Origin: an uncultured Candidatus Saccharibacteria bacterium
GTDB taxonomy: Bacteria > Patescibacteriota > Minisyncoccia > Phycocordibacterales > PALSA-1337
Assembly (NCBI GenBank): GCA_964529025.1
Contig: CAZGUZ010000005.1
Coordinates: forward strand, 18,129 to 73,154
DNA: 55,026 nt
Direction of reading: 5' to 3'
Shown one piece after another: positions 39,601 to 46,739 of this stretch. A program made the position numbers and the translations under genes. The notes under the pieces were generated by a model. The model made no database searches, was not told the origin of the DNA, and saw only the letters and a program-made list of their open reading frames with translations. Numbering within the stretch: the first letter of the stretch is position 1; each line of letters opens with the position of its first letter.

Positions 39601-39886
39601 CTATAGGTATTTGTGTAGGTTCTTCGGCACTTAATGCTGATTCACCCACTGTTGGAGTAACTATTGCCGGAGTAACTACTGCTAGATTTATATCCTCTGG
39701 AATAGCCACTTGCGGCATTACAGCAGCTTCAGAGTCTGAAATCGTAGACGAAACAACCCCAGTACCTTGATTGCTGGGGGTTTCTTGAGCGTACACCATT
39801 ACAAGAGGGTTTCCGAGGTTGAGAACACAAATACAGAGTGCAATAACTTGAGCGCAGAGCTTTCGAAGCTTTGAAAGTTTATTCAT
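33692..39886 (-). CDS. RHS/YD-repeat polymorphic toxin (SpvB/TcB-like N-terminus, FG-GAP/VCBS repeats, RHS shell, variable C-terminal domain)
   Basis: 2064 aa with a signal peptide. FSGAYTYEYPLTIPEGRNGIGPDISLVYNSQ is SpvB/TcdB-N-like. There are several DVNGDG..D repeats and dozens of YD repeats (Y.YD..GN). The core ends at NNPIKNSDPQGE, followed by a 175-aa tail. Confidence 0.9.
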   Translation of the reverse strand: MNKLSKLRKLCAQVIALCICVLNLGNPLVMVYAQETPSNQGTGVVSSTISDSEAAVMPQVAIPEDINLAVVTPAIVTPTVGESALSAEEPTQIPIEADTVTSTSPTEENRDAAPAADPVPSITESYGATDTAQKAQSSPAPRGKTDTFSGAYTYEYPLTIPEGRNGIGPDISLVYNSQEKNDASWLGYGWSVSIPYIERVNKFGVEKLYTIPTFYSSLDGELATSTNSSHFVPKVDSGKYHSYTYYGNVWKITDTQGISYYFGQNSSARLSDPQNAQKTYRWYLERIEDPLGNTVNYTYENVDGNVYPVAISYTNHASLPGIYAIQFVRSTREDVVTSYASAFPVITKYRIQEIKVLSQNVVVRSYKLRYGTGVNGTRTLLEGITETGYNGDVVNELPEVIFGYKKQPANYFTQNTLQEPSPKPFSYIEFYTFDKTTPLRGVRKVKDKAARIADVNADGLPDILHGGHLDDGRETPDSGVYLNTGYGFSKSSTLQIPNLFLRRPNSDKDYDNGVRLADVNGDGFMDFLQSYQYRENRVDIDINSVSVGFDEGWNLSQSFRLPIRFVDTAGLSERVIQRGMGDLQNQIADVNGDALPDIVSDSGIYINNGSNWVLDSRFVLPQPLRITESGEKFDGGVRFADINNDGLTDIMYASGSQLRSFDTPDPEVASLRMVYINTGTGTWVPAEGMTPSVDIAVFKFTNDSTMVRLDYAPQFNDVNGDGLVDIIYHEKLDTTRVLIGINTAQGIRWKPLAAGVPAYLTFDHIDLGGRFVDMNGDGRTDIFFASTRDIRYDNGLPERNIPKNELHENNALYQDYLVKITGVQGLETTITYDSVKKLTTKGVIPHPRLQWPIDVVSKIEEKDTITGSVYTTSYTYENGISRRDGPFDRRFAGFEKVTEKLPQRSTVYYFHQGNESQTSLGEIADGIAKIGKVYRQEIYNAAGQKMTQTLTSWSSYSNGNRSIVVPLQEIVMDFDGDSSAASKAFTYEYDTQNGRLQKYIEWGRVVGYENGTFADLYGSGASADRYTTTYTYARNPALGLFTLASAVRTNALGATVSESRALYDSLAFGSASFGLPTRKEFRINATSFASTTATYGPRGMLTTVTDTRGNTTRYVSDSSDMFLISVTNPLNQRVITSYDYVSGKPMQVIDSMNVVTRYTYDGLRRLRDTYVARDSTAATQLAERISYDDTRSNPRITTVRYLDDTLQQLEISYKNSFGQEIQKRNRAEDASSVIIQDTIYSWPTLIGTKSLPYTGTGLQRTPIQTQPNLLITFKYDALDRILSEAHIVGETTYVYNDWTITSTDPLKASKKLYYDAYGNMTRIDESSPTHYDITWYGYDANKNLTGIADALGNERYFTYDLLGRRLTAQDLHAKTDTTFGTYKYTYDSEGNMLTSIDPEGMTRTYSYDALNRILSEDSSTTPHVDVRYTYDTCGSWGKGRLCSVQSDGGTQSFVYDPRGRIVQESRTIIGSPLTYTTLTTLDIQGNPTLIIYPNLMRVMYQYNPFGKVENVRVQLSPTAPIQNLVNNYNYHPTGALLTEELASGVTTTYTYDAQELYRLRNRKVTKGTTTYEDAVYTYDKVGNITRLTDLAVTQARRAVDYTYDGYYRLISAKTLASVGGTVTENFTYNKIGNITSNALGNYAYEGATSAHAGISFANPHAPTKIGNNPLTYDKKGNLRTYATQTYTYDYANRLTTISDTATTPTTLVTHTYDHTNSRVKTTVGSLTTYYPNTYQIIEGATTTNNIFANAKLIALVRGVNTASSTTNVHTDHLGSTKLVTDTLGALVQVLDYTTYGNERVDAGTDVSHRQYIGEIFDEVTRLSYLNARYYDPKRGQFLSQDPAFLDIGALGFEQNYQRTLQQHLMSPQAMNSYSYANNNPIKNSDPQGEVVPLLAGAAAGLWALTEAGLSVYDGYTAYQTINNPNTSYLERSIAVSGFVAGIVGPAGGYGAVGREAMQVYKQTNTAGRALMKGVENQKVLSLIRDNYRAGAKIGSGSTADAVRYELQRIGEKVGKKFHSTKAQETINRINNLFRRSGSTLNPQEKNVLNKISNDLKDALKTKNK

Positions 39887-39892
39887 AGATTC

Positions 39893-39898
39893 ACTCTA
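39893..39898 (-). promoter_or_regulatory. Promoter of the RHS gene (TTGCTA-N16-TGaTAGAGT-N6-ATG)
   Basis: The minus strand reads TTGCTAaatagtgttcgtttGATAGAGTgaatctATG. Confidence 0.45.
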
Positions 39899-39955
39899 TC
39901 AAACGAACACTATTTAGCAATAGGTTCTCAAAAAGTTATGAAGTTTTTGTTTTTG

Positions 39956-41071
39956 CTACAATTCCTCTGGTTTGTCAATGAGTACAGAGTCGAGGCTTGG
40001 ACTATCCCCCGTTATGCGCAAAACGTCTTTATCAATCTTTTTAAGCTCTTTGCCCGAAGCATTAAAATGATTCACCACCGTACCCAAAGAGTTACCGAGC
40101 TTTGTATGATACTCCTCAAAGTTCTTTAAATGCTTTCCGAGCTCTTCGACGCGCTTAATGATTTCTTTAGCAGTTTCCTCAATCTGAAGAGCTTTAAGGC
40201 CTTGCAAAACGGTCTGCAAATAGGCCAAGAACGATGTCGGCGAAACTATAATAACTTTATACTTGCTTGCAGCGCGCTGAATAAGGTTTTCGGTTTCCTC
40301 GGTCACTGCTCCAATCTTATTAATAATTAAATCGTAATAAATGGCTTCGTGAGGAATAAACATGAAAGCAAAATCCATGGTTCCTTCGCTTGGGCGAATA
40401 TACTTTGATGTTTCAACAATTCGATTCTTTAAGTCGTTAACAAAAGCTTTTTCGAGCTTTTCTTTTTCAACAGGATTTTTTTCTTCGGTAAGGCGATTAT
40501 AGTTCTCGAGGCTGAATTTCGAATCAATAGGAATTACCTTGTCGCGAACAAATACCGCAGCGTCAACAATTTCACCATTTGAAAATGGGTATTGCATTTG
40601 AAAACCATTGGGTGGCAAGACATTTCGGAGCAATGTTTCAAGATAATATTCACCAAGAATTCCTCGCTGCTTTGGATTCTTAAGAATGTCTTGGAGCGAT
40701 TGCAATTGATCTGCAAAAGAAACGACTTGTTTGCCCGTCTCTTTTACCTGAGCAAGCTCGCTTGTAATATCTTTAATGAGACGCTGTGATTCGGTAAACT
40801 GCATACGAACAGCATCGTTCATTGAACGAGTTGATTCGCCAATTTTGTGATCAACTGTGCGGTTAAGATCAGTAACCTTAGAATCTACCGTACGTGACAA
40901 TTCATTTACCTGCTCAAGAATAAGCTTGAGGCCAATTGCTTCGCGATCATCCTGAGGCATATTGTTTTGAGCCTGAAAGAATTTGCGCAAGACTAAAACA
41001 ACGACACCAATATTGATAGCTAAAAATACGAGTGCTCCTATGATAATGAGGACAATTGTTGAGGTTTCCAT
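39956..41071 (-). CDS. rmuC: DNA recombination protein RmuC
   Basis: N-terminal TM helix, a long coiled coil and an RmuC nuclease-like C-terminus (...DFAFMFIPHEAIYYD...). Start at ATG 41071, with TATACT at 41083-41078 6 nt upstream. Confidence 0.88.
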   Translation of the reverse strand: METSTIVLIIIGALVFLAINIGVVVLVLRKFFQAQNNMPQDDREAIGLKLILEQVNELSRTVDSKVTDLNRTVDHKIGESTRSMNDAVRMQFTESQRLIKDITSELAQVKETGKQVVSFADQLQSLQDILKNPKQRGILGEYYLETLLRNVLPPNGFQMQYPFSNGEIVDAAVFVRDKVIPIDSKFSLENYNRLTEEKNPVEKEKLEKAFVNDLKNRIVETSKYIRPSEGTMDFAFMFIPHEAIYYDLIINKIGAVTEETENLIQRAASKYKVIIVSPTSFLAYLQTVLQGLKALQIEETAKEIIKRVEELGKHLKNFEEYHTKLGNSLGTVVNHFNASGKELKKIDKDVLRITGDSPSLDSVLIDKPEEL

Positions 41072-41182
41072 ACTCCTAGTATATACTAAGATTGAACAAA
41101 ACTCATGGCGGGCATGGACCCAAAGTGCAGTACAGTTCGCGCGAGAACTGCACAATGGTAAGTAATGCCCTAATATGAGTCC

Positions 41183-41321
41183 TGTATGTCTCCTTTATAC
41201 AGCTGTTCTATGCTTAGAGTGCACAAGGCATACTTCGTCGAAACAAAGGAGCCGAACCGAGTGGTTCGTGGAATGTTCCGTCCCTTGGGCGGCCGCACCG
41301 TGCGGCCGCCCCTTTTATTTT
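41183..41321 (+). ncRNA. Candidate small RNA (~140 nt), unclassified
   Basis: TAATAT at 41171-41176. Hairpins CUGUAU/AUACAG and GAACC-gagu-GGUUC. An 11-bp all-GC-type terminator at 41287-41311 is followed by CUUUUAUUUU. No plus-strand gene lies upstream, and the unit sits between two minus-strand genes. Confidence 0.3.
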
Positions 41322-41353
41322 ACCTACCCCACCAAAAGCTAAACCGGAATCAA

Positions 41354-41800
41354 CTAAGTCACCTTTCTATTCTCTTTCCACTGTCGAATGCATCGCGCAA
41401 CTGAATACTTCCCCGCTCCTGTTGCGATAAGTGAGAGTGATAAAAAGAAAAGTACAAAAGTGTATTCATAGCCACCATTTGCCAGGCTAAATCCTTGAGC
41501 CCAGTGCGCTTTAAATGTTGCAACGAGCATGATAATAGCCAAAATCACTCCAAAGTAGCGAACAAAGATCCCCATAAGAACAGCGATACCACCAATAAAT
41601 TCTGCATAGGTCACAAAATAGGCCACGAATGTTGGAAGCCCCATAGAAGCAAAACCCTGAACAACAAAATCAATATTATTAATCTTCATCCAGCCCGCAT
41701 TAATAAAAACAACGCCTACAGCGATACGAACAAAGAGCATAGCTGCATCTTTATTATCAAGCTTATGAATAATTTCGTGTATTTTGCGTAAATATTTCAT
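41354..41800 (-). CDS. DoxX family membrane protein
   Basis: 148 aa with 4 TM helices and a pattern (RI..G..F...G..K...) typical of DoxX. TATACT (41812-41807) lies 6 nt upstream of the ATG. Confidence 0.85.
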   Translation of the reverse strand: MKYLRKIHEIIHKLDNKDAAMLFVRIAVGVVFINAGWMKINNIDFVVQGFASMGLPTFVAYFVTYAEFIGGIAVLMGIFVRYFGVILAIIMLVATFKAHWAQGFSLANGGYEYTFVLFFLSLSLIATGAGKYSVARCIRQWKENRKVT

Positions 41801-41879
41801 GTATACAGTATATTCCTTTTAAAATTATTTGCATTAAAGAGCACTTGCAAAAGCTCTAAAAGAGTAGTATAGTTATATT

Positions 41880-42165
41880 AGGTAGATAACAACGTAAGTG
41901 GTAGGTTAGCCCTTGCGTTGGTGCAAACTATTCATCGACATGCATAAGATGATTTACCCCTCGAACCAATAGGAAAGGGGTGTCGTCGGCGCCAGACGAT
42001 AAGTTGCATAGGCTTAGATTCCAGTCCGGCCATGTTGCTGGGCACTGAGCCTTAAGATGTGACCGATTGAAGTGTTTGGGAAAGCATTTCTATAATTCGG
42101 CCGCTGTGACCTACTGATCAGACCATTCCCAAGGGGGAGGAGCTTCAGCTCTTCCCCTTTTTTTC
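41880..42165 (+). ncRNA. Unclassified structured non-coding unit (~285 nt)
   Basis: TATAGT at 41868-41873 with no ATG following. GC-rich hairpins such as CCCCU...AGGGG. A 10-bp terminator at 42134-42157 is followed by U7, and it ends before the yqeY-like -10 box (42182-42187). Confidence 0.3.
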
Positions 42166-42193
42166 TTGCCATTTTTTCATGTATACTAATTCC

Positions 42194-42646
42194 ATGAATT
42201 CAATACACCAAACAATTAAAGCTGGCATCATTGATGCTATGCGCGCAAAAGATAGTATTCGACTCGATGTGCTCCGCGGTCTTTCTGCTCTTTTTACTCA
42301 AGAACTTATTAACCTTGGTTCGAACGAACAATTTATCGGAGACGAGGCTGCCCTTACCTTTATTCGCCGCAGCGTTAAACAGCGCAATGATTCAATAGAA
42401 CAATTCACCAAAGGAAATCGCCCTGACCTTGCAGAGAAAGAAAAAGCCGAGCTAGCTATTCTTATGACATTTCTTCCTGCTCAAATGTCTGACGAAGAAA
42501 TTTCTGCCTATATTAAGGCTAAAATTAGTGCTCAACCTATCGACAAAACAAAGATTGGTGCATTTATCGGTACCCTCATGAAAGAGCTCAAAGGAAAAGC
42601 CGACGGTGGAAAAGTCCGCACCATTGCCGAGAGTCTAGTGCAGTGA
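42194..42646 (+). CDS. GatB/YqeY domain-containing protein
   Basis: 150 aa. ...AMRAKD..RLDVLRGL...E.....L.DEE...I....KQR..S...F...R.DLAEKE..E...L..FLP resembles the YqeY family. Start at ATG 42194 from the -10 spacing. Confidence 0.85.
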   Translation: MNSIHQTIKAGIIDAMRAKDSIRLDVLRGLSALFTQELINLGSNEQFIGDEAALTFIRRSVKQRNDSIEQFTKGNRPDLAEKEKAELAILMTFLPAQMSDEEISAYIKAKISAQPIDKTKIGAFIGTLMKELKGKADGGKVRTIAESLVQ

Positions 42647-42689
42647 TATTCTTAGTAAGGATATGAAAACTTGCCTTGAACCAAACAAT

Positions 42690-42945
42690 GCTCTGGTGCA
42701 GCGTGAGTTTGAGTTGGGTGTTGGACCAACTTCTCGTGGCACCAATTCAGGTGGAAGCTTTTTCAGAGACTCTGCTCCCACCAATGAAGCCCCCGCTTCG
42801 CAAGAGCCTTCTCCTTCAGAAGACTTGAATCCGCGGAGGGGAGCCGGCCATGTTGCGCGTGGCTGCCCGGACAACTAGGCCCTAGTCGAGTGATTCAGAT
42901 AATCGCTCAAAGCACGAACACCCCTTTCGGGGTGTTCCTTTTATT
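42690..42945 (+). ncRNA. Unclassified structured RNA (independent sRNA or long 3' UTR of the yqeY-like gene)
   Basis: GC-rich. Long stem 42694-42752, hairpins at 42786-42799 and 42888-42908, and a terminator at 42916-42945 (GAACACCCC-uuuc-GGGGUGUUC plus CUUUUAUU). The ORFs on both strands look like random GC-rich translations. Confidence 0.3.
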
Positions 42946-42987
42946 ATGTGTGTGACCCCACCCATACCACCCTTTTTTCTTTACCAA

Positions 42988-44622
42988 CTACGCCAAGGGT
43001 AATTCAACAACAAACTTTGAGCCCTTGCCTTCTCCGCCTGATTCTCCAAAGATTCGGCCTTTATGAACACGAATAATTTCGCGAGCAACGTAGAGACCAA
43101 GACCGGTTCCGCGGATATTTGCTTTATTAGCATTATTTGCGCGAACAAACTTTTCAAATAGTTTTCCTAAGACGTCTGGTGCAATACCGATACCGCCGTC
43201 TTCAACCATAAAGCGGACAATGCCGTTTTCTTCGTCACGCTTAAGCGAAACCTTTACATGAGTTTTATTTGAATACTTGAGACCGTTATCAATGAGGTTG
43301 CTAATTACCTGCTTAATGCGCTCCTTATCGGCATTAATCATACATGGAGAATCGCATGTTTCATACGTCCAACTAACGCCAGAACGATCAATGTTCGGCT
43401 TAAGCTCCGCTACAGTTCCATCAACTAAATCTTTAAATGAAAGTGGAGCAAAATCATACTTCATAGTGCCAAGCTCAATGCGCGAAATGTTCAAATAGTC
43501 ATCAACCACAGCATTAAGTGTTACTGAAGAATCGTAAATACGCTGAATAGGCTCTACGGCCGCATCGGGCAACTTTCCATACTCACCTTCAAGAATGAGT
43601 GAAGCGTAACCCTTAAGAGCTGTAATTGGACTGCGAAGTTGATGTGTAGCAAACGATACGAATTCAGATTTTTGTTTGTCGAGCGTTACTAAGCGCACAT
43701 TTGCAGCTTTAAGTTCAAGAGCGAGCTTTTCGATAGATTCTTGCTGCTTAACTTGATTCTTAAGATTTCGTACAAGAACGAAAGCGAAAGCCATAGTTAC
43801 TAACAGAGTAATTGAACTTAACAAAATATCCGTAAGGTTTTGCAAGAAAATGAGCTGACTTGCCACAAGAATAACAAGGATGTACGCAATAAGGCGAGTT
43901 CCTGCCATTCTAATTTGGAATACGCTCAAATTAGTAATTGAGTAGATAATGACGCCGAGTGTGATTGGGAGAATAAACAAACTATAGAGATTGATTTCAT
44001 ACACATCAAAGACCGATGACCAAAATTCTGTCGTAGAGAATATCAAAAAGAACGTAATAAGTGCTGCCCCTGGAACAAGACTCTGACTTACCCGCATCTT
44101 AAGGCGGCCAGTAGCCACAATAACTGTGTGAACAACGCCAAGGATCACTACAGCTTCAACAAAGAACTTATAGTACGTTAAAAGCGTATTTTCATAAGCT
44201 TCACATTCTACTTGGTTAAAACCATCGATCGACATACCCGTCATTGTCATATACACCGACGGCGCCAAGAGTACTACGTATACAAATTTCTCCCACAAGC
44301 CTGTATCACGATTAAGCACCAATACTCTAAAGAAATGAAGGCCAACAATAAAGAAAGCAATGTTTACAACATCAAGCAATGACCAAATGTAAATTACTGC
44401 TCGATAACTTTGCCCAAGCCACAAATATAAATCGCCAGCAAGCCACAAACAGAAGAGAAAGATAAAAGCAGCAAAAATTCGTGCAACTAGTGAAAAATTA
44501 GTTTTAACAGCAACATACCCTGCCACAAAAAGACTAATAGCGATGGGCACTACATGCGAATAAATTGCAATTTGGTGGAAATCTTTAGTAGTTTCGTAGC
44601 ACGTATTTAAAAACTCAATCAT
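42988..44622 (-). CDS. Sensor histidine kinase with a polytopic membrane N-terminal domain
   Basis: 544 aa with about 8-9 TM helices. H box SEFVSFATHQLRSPITAL, N box NLIDNGLKYS and G box GTGLGLYVAREI. Confidence 0.9.
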   Translation of the reverse strand: MIEFLNTCYETTKDFHQIAIYSHVVPIAISLFVAGYVAVKTNFSLVARIFAAFIFLFCLWLAGDLYLWLGQSYRAVIYIWSLLDVVNIAFFIVGLHFFRVLVLNRDTGLWEKFVYVVLLAPSVYMTMTGMSIDGFNQVECEAYENTLLTYYKFFVEAVVILGVVHTVIVATGRLKMRVSQSLVPGAALITFFLIFSTTEFWSSVFDVYEINLYSLFILPITLGVIIYSITNLSVFQIRMAGTRLIAYILVILVASQLIFLQNLTDILLSSITLLVTMAFAFVLVRNLKNQVKQQESIEKLALELKAANVRLVTLDKQKSEFVSFATHQLRSPITALKGYASLILEGEYGKLPDAAVEPIQRIYDSSVTLNAVVDDYLNISRIELGTMKYDFAPLSFKDLVDGTVAELKPNIDRSGVSWTYETCDSPCMINADKERIKQVISNLIDNGLKYSNKTHVKVSLKRDEENGIVRFMVEDGGIGIAPDVLGKLFEKFVRANNANKANIRGTGLGLYVAREIIRVHKGRIFGESGGEGKGSKFVVELPLA

Positions 44623-44642
44623 ATAGTTATACCACCATCATA

Positions 44643-45416
44643 TCATAAGAGATCCTGCAGTCCGCTTTTCGTCTGTGAATGAAAAAGCCAAAAATCTTCA
44701 TGTTCTGAGTCAGCCGGTAAATGTGGAACAATGAGTGGGCGCATACCGTATTTTTCTTCGACTGTTCTAAAGGCCGGAACAATAACCTCGCGAGTAAATT
44801 GGGCTTCGAGTGGATCTTTCATGACAAAGTTTTCGCACAGAATAACTTTATTGATTGCCAATGTAAGATAGTCAACATAATAATTGTATGCCTGCTGTCC
44901 GTGCTCATTAAACCATGCCGAGGCATCAACTATTGAATACGGAATACGATTATTAACCACCTCATGCAAACGCTTTCTATGAAAATCAGTAAGCGGCTCG
45001 CCTTGTTTAGTAACAATATCTCGTATTTTCTTTCCTGAGTCACTATTAAAATCAATAATAGTTTCAATTTTCTTTTTAAGACCGCCCTTTTTGCCTCGCT
45101 CAAGAACAAAAGTTACCTTTCCCCATGAGTTCTTAAGAGGATTTTGCGAAGCAAAAACGTCGTCGTGGTATTCACAAAAAATCGCATACCCATCGAAAGT
45201 ATCGACGAGCTGGATGAAGCGGTGCGTTTCATAGTTGGCAGCAGCAATTTGGCGAAACAATAAAAATGGCACACGCCCTTGCGTATCAGGCACTATCGAG
45301 GTTTGTGATACGGGATGACTAAACTTAAGAGACTGGCGTCGCTTAAACTCAGCTACTGCTTCGGGAGCTGCTGTATACATACATCGGACTTCGGGATCAA
45401 AATTGTCGAGTGTCAT
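44643..45416 (-). CDS. Hypothetical protein (257 aa), family not recognised
   Basis: Uninterrupted ORF tightly packed between a small membrane ORF and the kinase gene on the same strand. Confidence 0.6.
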   Translation of the reverse strand: MTLDNFDPEVRCMYTAAPEAVAEFKRRQSLKFSHPVSQTSIVPDTQGRVPFLLFRQIAAANYETHRFIQLVDTFDGYAIFCEYHDDVFASQNPLKNSWGKVTFVLERGKKGGLKKKIETIIDFNSDSGKKIRDIVTKQGEPLTDFHRKRLHEVVNNRIPYSIVDASAWFNEHGQQAYNYYVDYLTLAINKVILCENFVMKDPLEAQFTREVIVPAFRTVEEKYGMRPLIVPHLPADSEHEDFWLFHSQTKSGLQDLL

Positions 45417-45428
45417 ACCTTTATAACA

Positions 45429-45659
45429 CTATCTCACCAAACAACTCGAGGTAATATCGCCCTTGCTTTGACACTCGTGGAATAACTTAGAATTCGTCTC
45501 AACCACACAAGATTCATCTGTCTGGGATATCTCGCACGGAACAGCGACTTCATATACAACATCTTCCCTGTGGAAAAGCACAATGTAAGAACCCGCAAAC
45601 GAAAGAGCGAGGAGTACACTATATGAAGCAACGAGTACGTAATCTTTAAGAAAATTCAT
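45429..45659 (-). CDS. Small membrane protein (76 aa), hypothetical
   Basis: One TM helix (YVLVASYSVLLALSFAGSYIVLF) and a Cys-containing tail. First gene of the apparent 45659-42988 operon. Confidence 0.45.
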   Translation of the reverse strand: MNFLKDYVLVASYSVLLALSFAGSYIVLFHREDVVYEVAVPCEISQTDESCVVETNSKLFHECQSKGDITSSCLVR

Positions 45660-45742
45660 AGTGTATATAAACTATGTATCTATTATATCATAAACCTTGA
45701 GCTCCTGTCGCCTTAAAAAAGACCGATTTTAGCCCGTGATAA

Positions 45743-46648
45743 TTAAAGAAGCATTGTTCCAATAAAAATAATAACAATACCAATAATCTTTTGTGTGAGT
45801 GCGCCAATATGAATCTTTTCTTCGATAAGTTTTGGGAAAAATAGTGTGAATGTAACACCAATTACAAATGCTGCCAGTGGCTGATAGCCGTATATTGTAA
45901 GCACAACACCAATTGGCGCTAAGAGAGTTGCGAGGTTGATTGCAGCATTGCCCAATGCTGTTAACAATTCTGAACCCACATTAACGCCGAAAATTGTTGC
46001 TGAATTACTTGCAATGAGTTTCTTAAATTCTTGCCGATTATTTCTTGAAAGCGATAATATAATGCCGAAAAGGAGTAAGCCGACATGCGTCCAAAATAGC
46101 GTCATCATGAAGCTTGATTCGAGTGCTTTATACTTAAAAAGCACGTCTTGAAAAGCTAAAATGATTGATGAACAGAGCATAAGAAAGACAACACCCTTTT
46201 TAAAGTGAAAGTGATTCTCGCGCGAAACTTCTATTGATAAAGAAAGTGCTCCGAGTATAACCAATACCATTCCTGAAATCTGAAGAATAGAAATAGTTTC
46301 GCCGAGCATTAAAAAACCGAAAACTGTAGCAAATACAGGTACCAACTGAAAGAATGGTACTACGATCGATGCCTCATCTTTATCCAGAGCCAGCAAGTAC
46401 AGATAGATAGATGTTGCATTGAGTACGCCACCGATAATGGAAATACTTGCAATACTCATGGGCAACTTAAGGAGCTCGGGCATAAAGATAGCCAAACCAA
46501 TAACAACGAGTGATGAGAATAATGTCGAAAACATCATAAGCGCTCCCACCGTTGCTTTATGAGGTAATTTAGAAAGCAAAAACTTATCCGTATGATTAAC
46601 GATTGCCCATAGGACTGGCGCAAGAATAGCAATTGCAAACCATGACAT
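45743..46648 (-). CDS. EamA/DMT family transporter
   Basis: 301 aa with about 10 TM helices in a duplicated 5+5 EamA-like arrangement. Confidence 0.85.
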   Translation of the reverse strand: MSWFAIAILAPVLWAIVNHTDKFLLSKLPHKATVGALMMFSTLFSSLVVIGLAIFMPELLKLPMSIASISIIGGVLNATSIYLYLLALDKDEASIVVPFFQLVPVFATVFGFLMLGETISILQISGMVLVILGALSLSIEVSRENHFHFKKGVVFLMLCSSIILAFQDVLFKYKALESSFMMTLFWTHVGLLLFGIILSLSRNNRQEFKKLIASNSATIFGVNVGSELLTALGNAAINLATLLAPIGVVLTIYGYQPLAAFVIGVTFTLFFPKLIEEKIHIGALTQKIIGIVIIFIGTMLL

Positions 46649-46739
46649 GTGTTTTTAGCTAAGAATAATATACAAATTATACTCTATATTAGCTTTCTCT
46701 ATCATTGAAAATGTCGCATAAATGGCGTACACTGTTTTT

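Noticed and set aside
41186-41404. The 72-aa plus-strand ORF starting 9 nt after TAATAT.
   Set aside because: It reads straight through the 41287-41321 terminator hairpin and into the antisense of the DoxX gene. The translation is Pro/Arg/Leu-rich and looks random.
41880-42165. TPP riboswitch, based on CUGAG ... ACCUACUGAUCAGACC ... CCCAAGGGGGA resembling CUGAGA ... ACCUGAUCUGGAUAAUGCCAGCG ... AGGGAA.
   Set aside because: A P4/P5 pyrophosphate-sensor helix cannot be formed (CUGAUCAG is a loopless palindrome). The downstream gene is unrelated to thiamine, and it has its own promoter after the terminator.
42635-42878. ORFs 42663..42878 (+) and 42635..42874 (-) as genes.
   Set aside because: They are mutually overlapping frames in GC-rich, hairpin-dense sequence with Pro/Gly/Ser/Arg-rich translations. 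There is no promoter-ATG spacing like that of the real genes.
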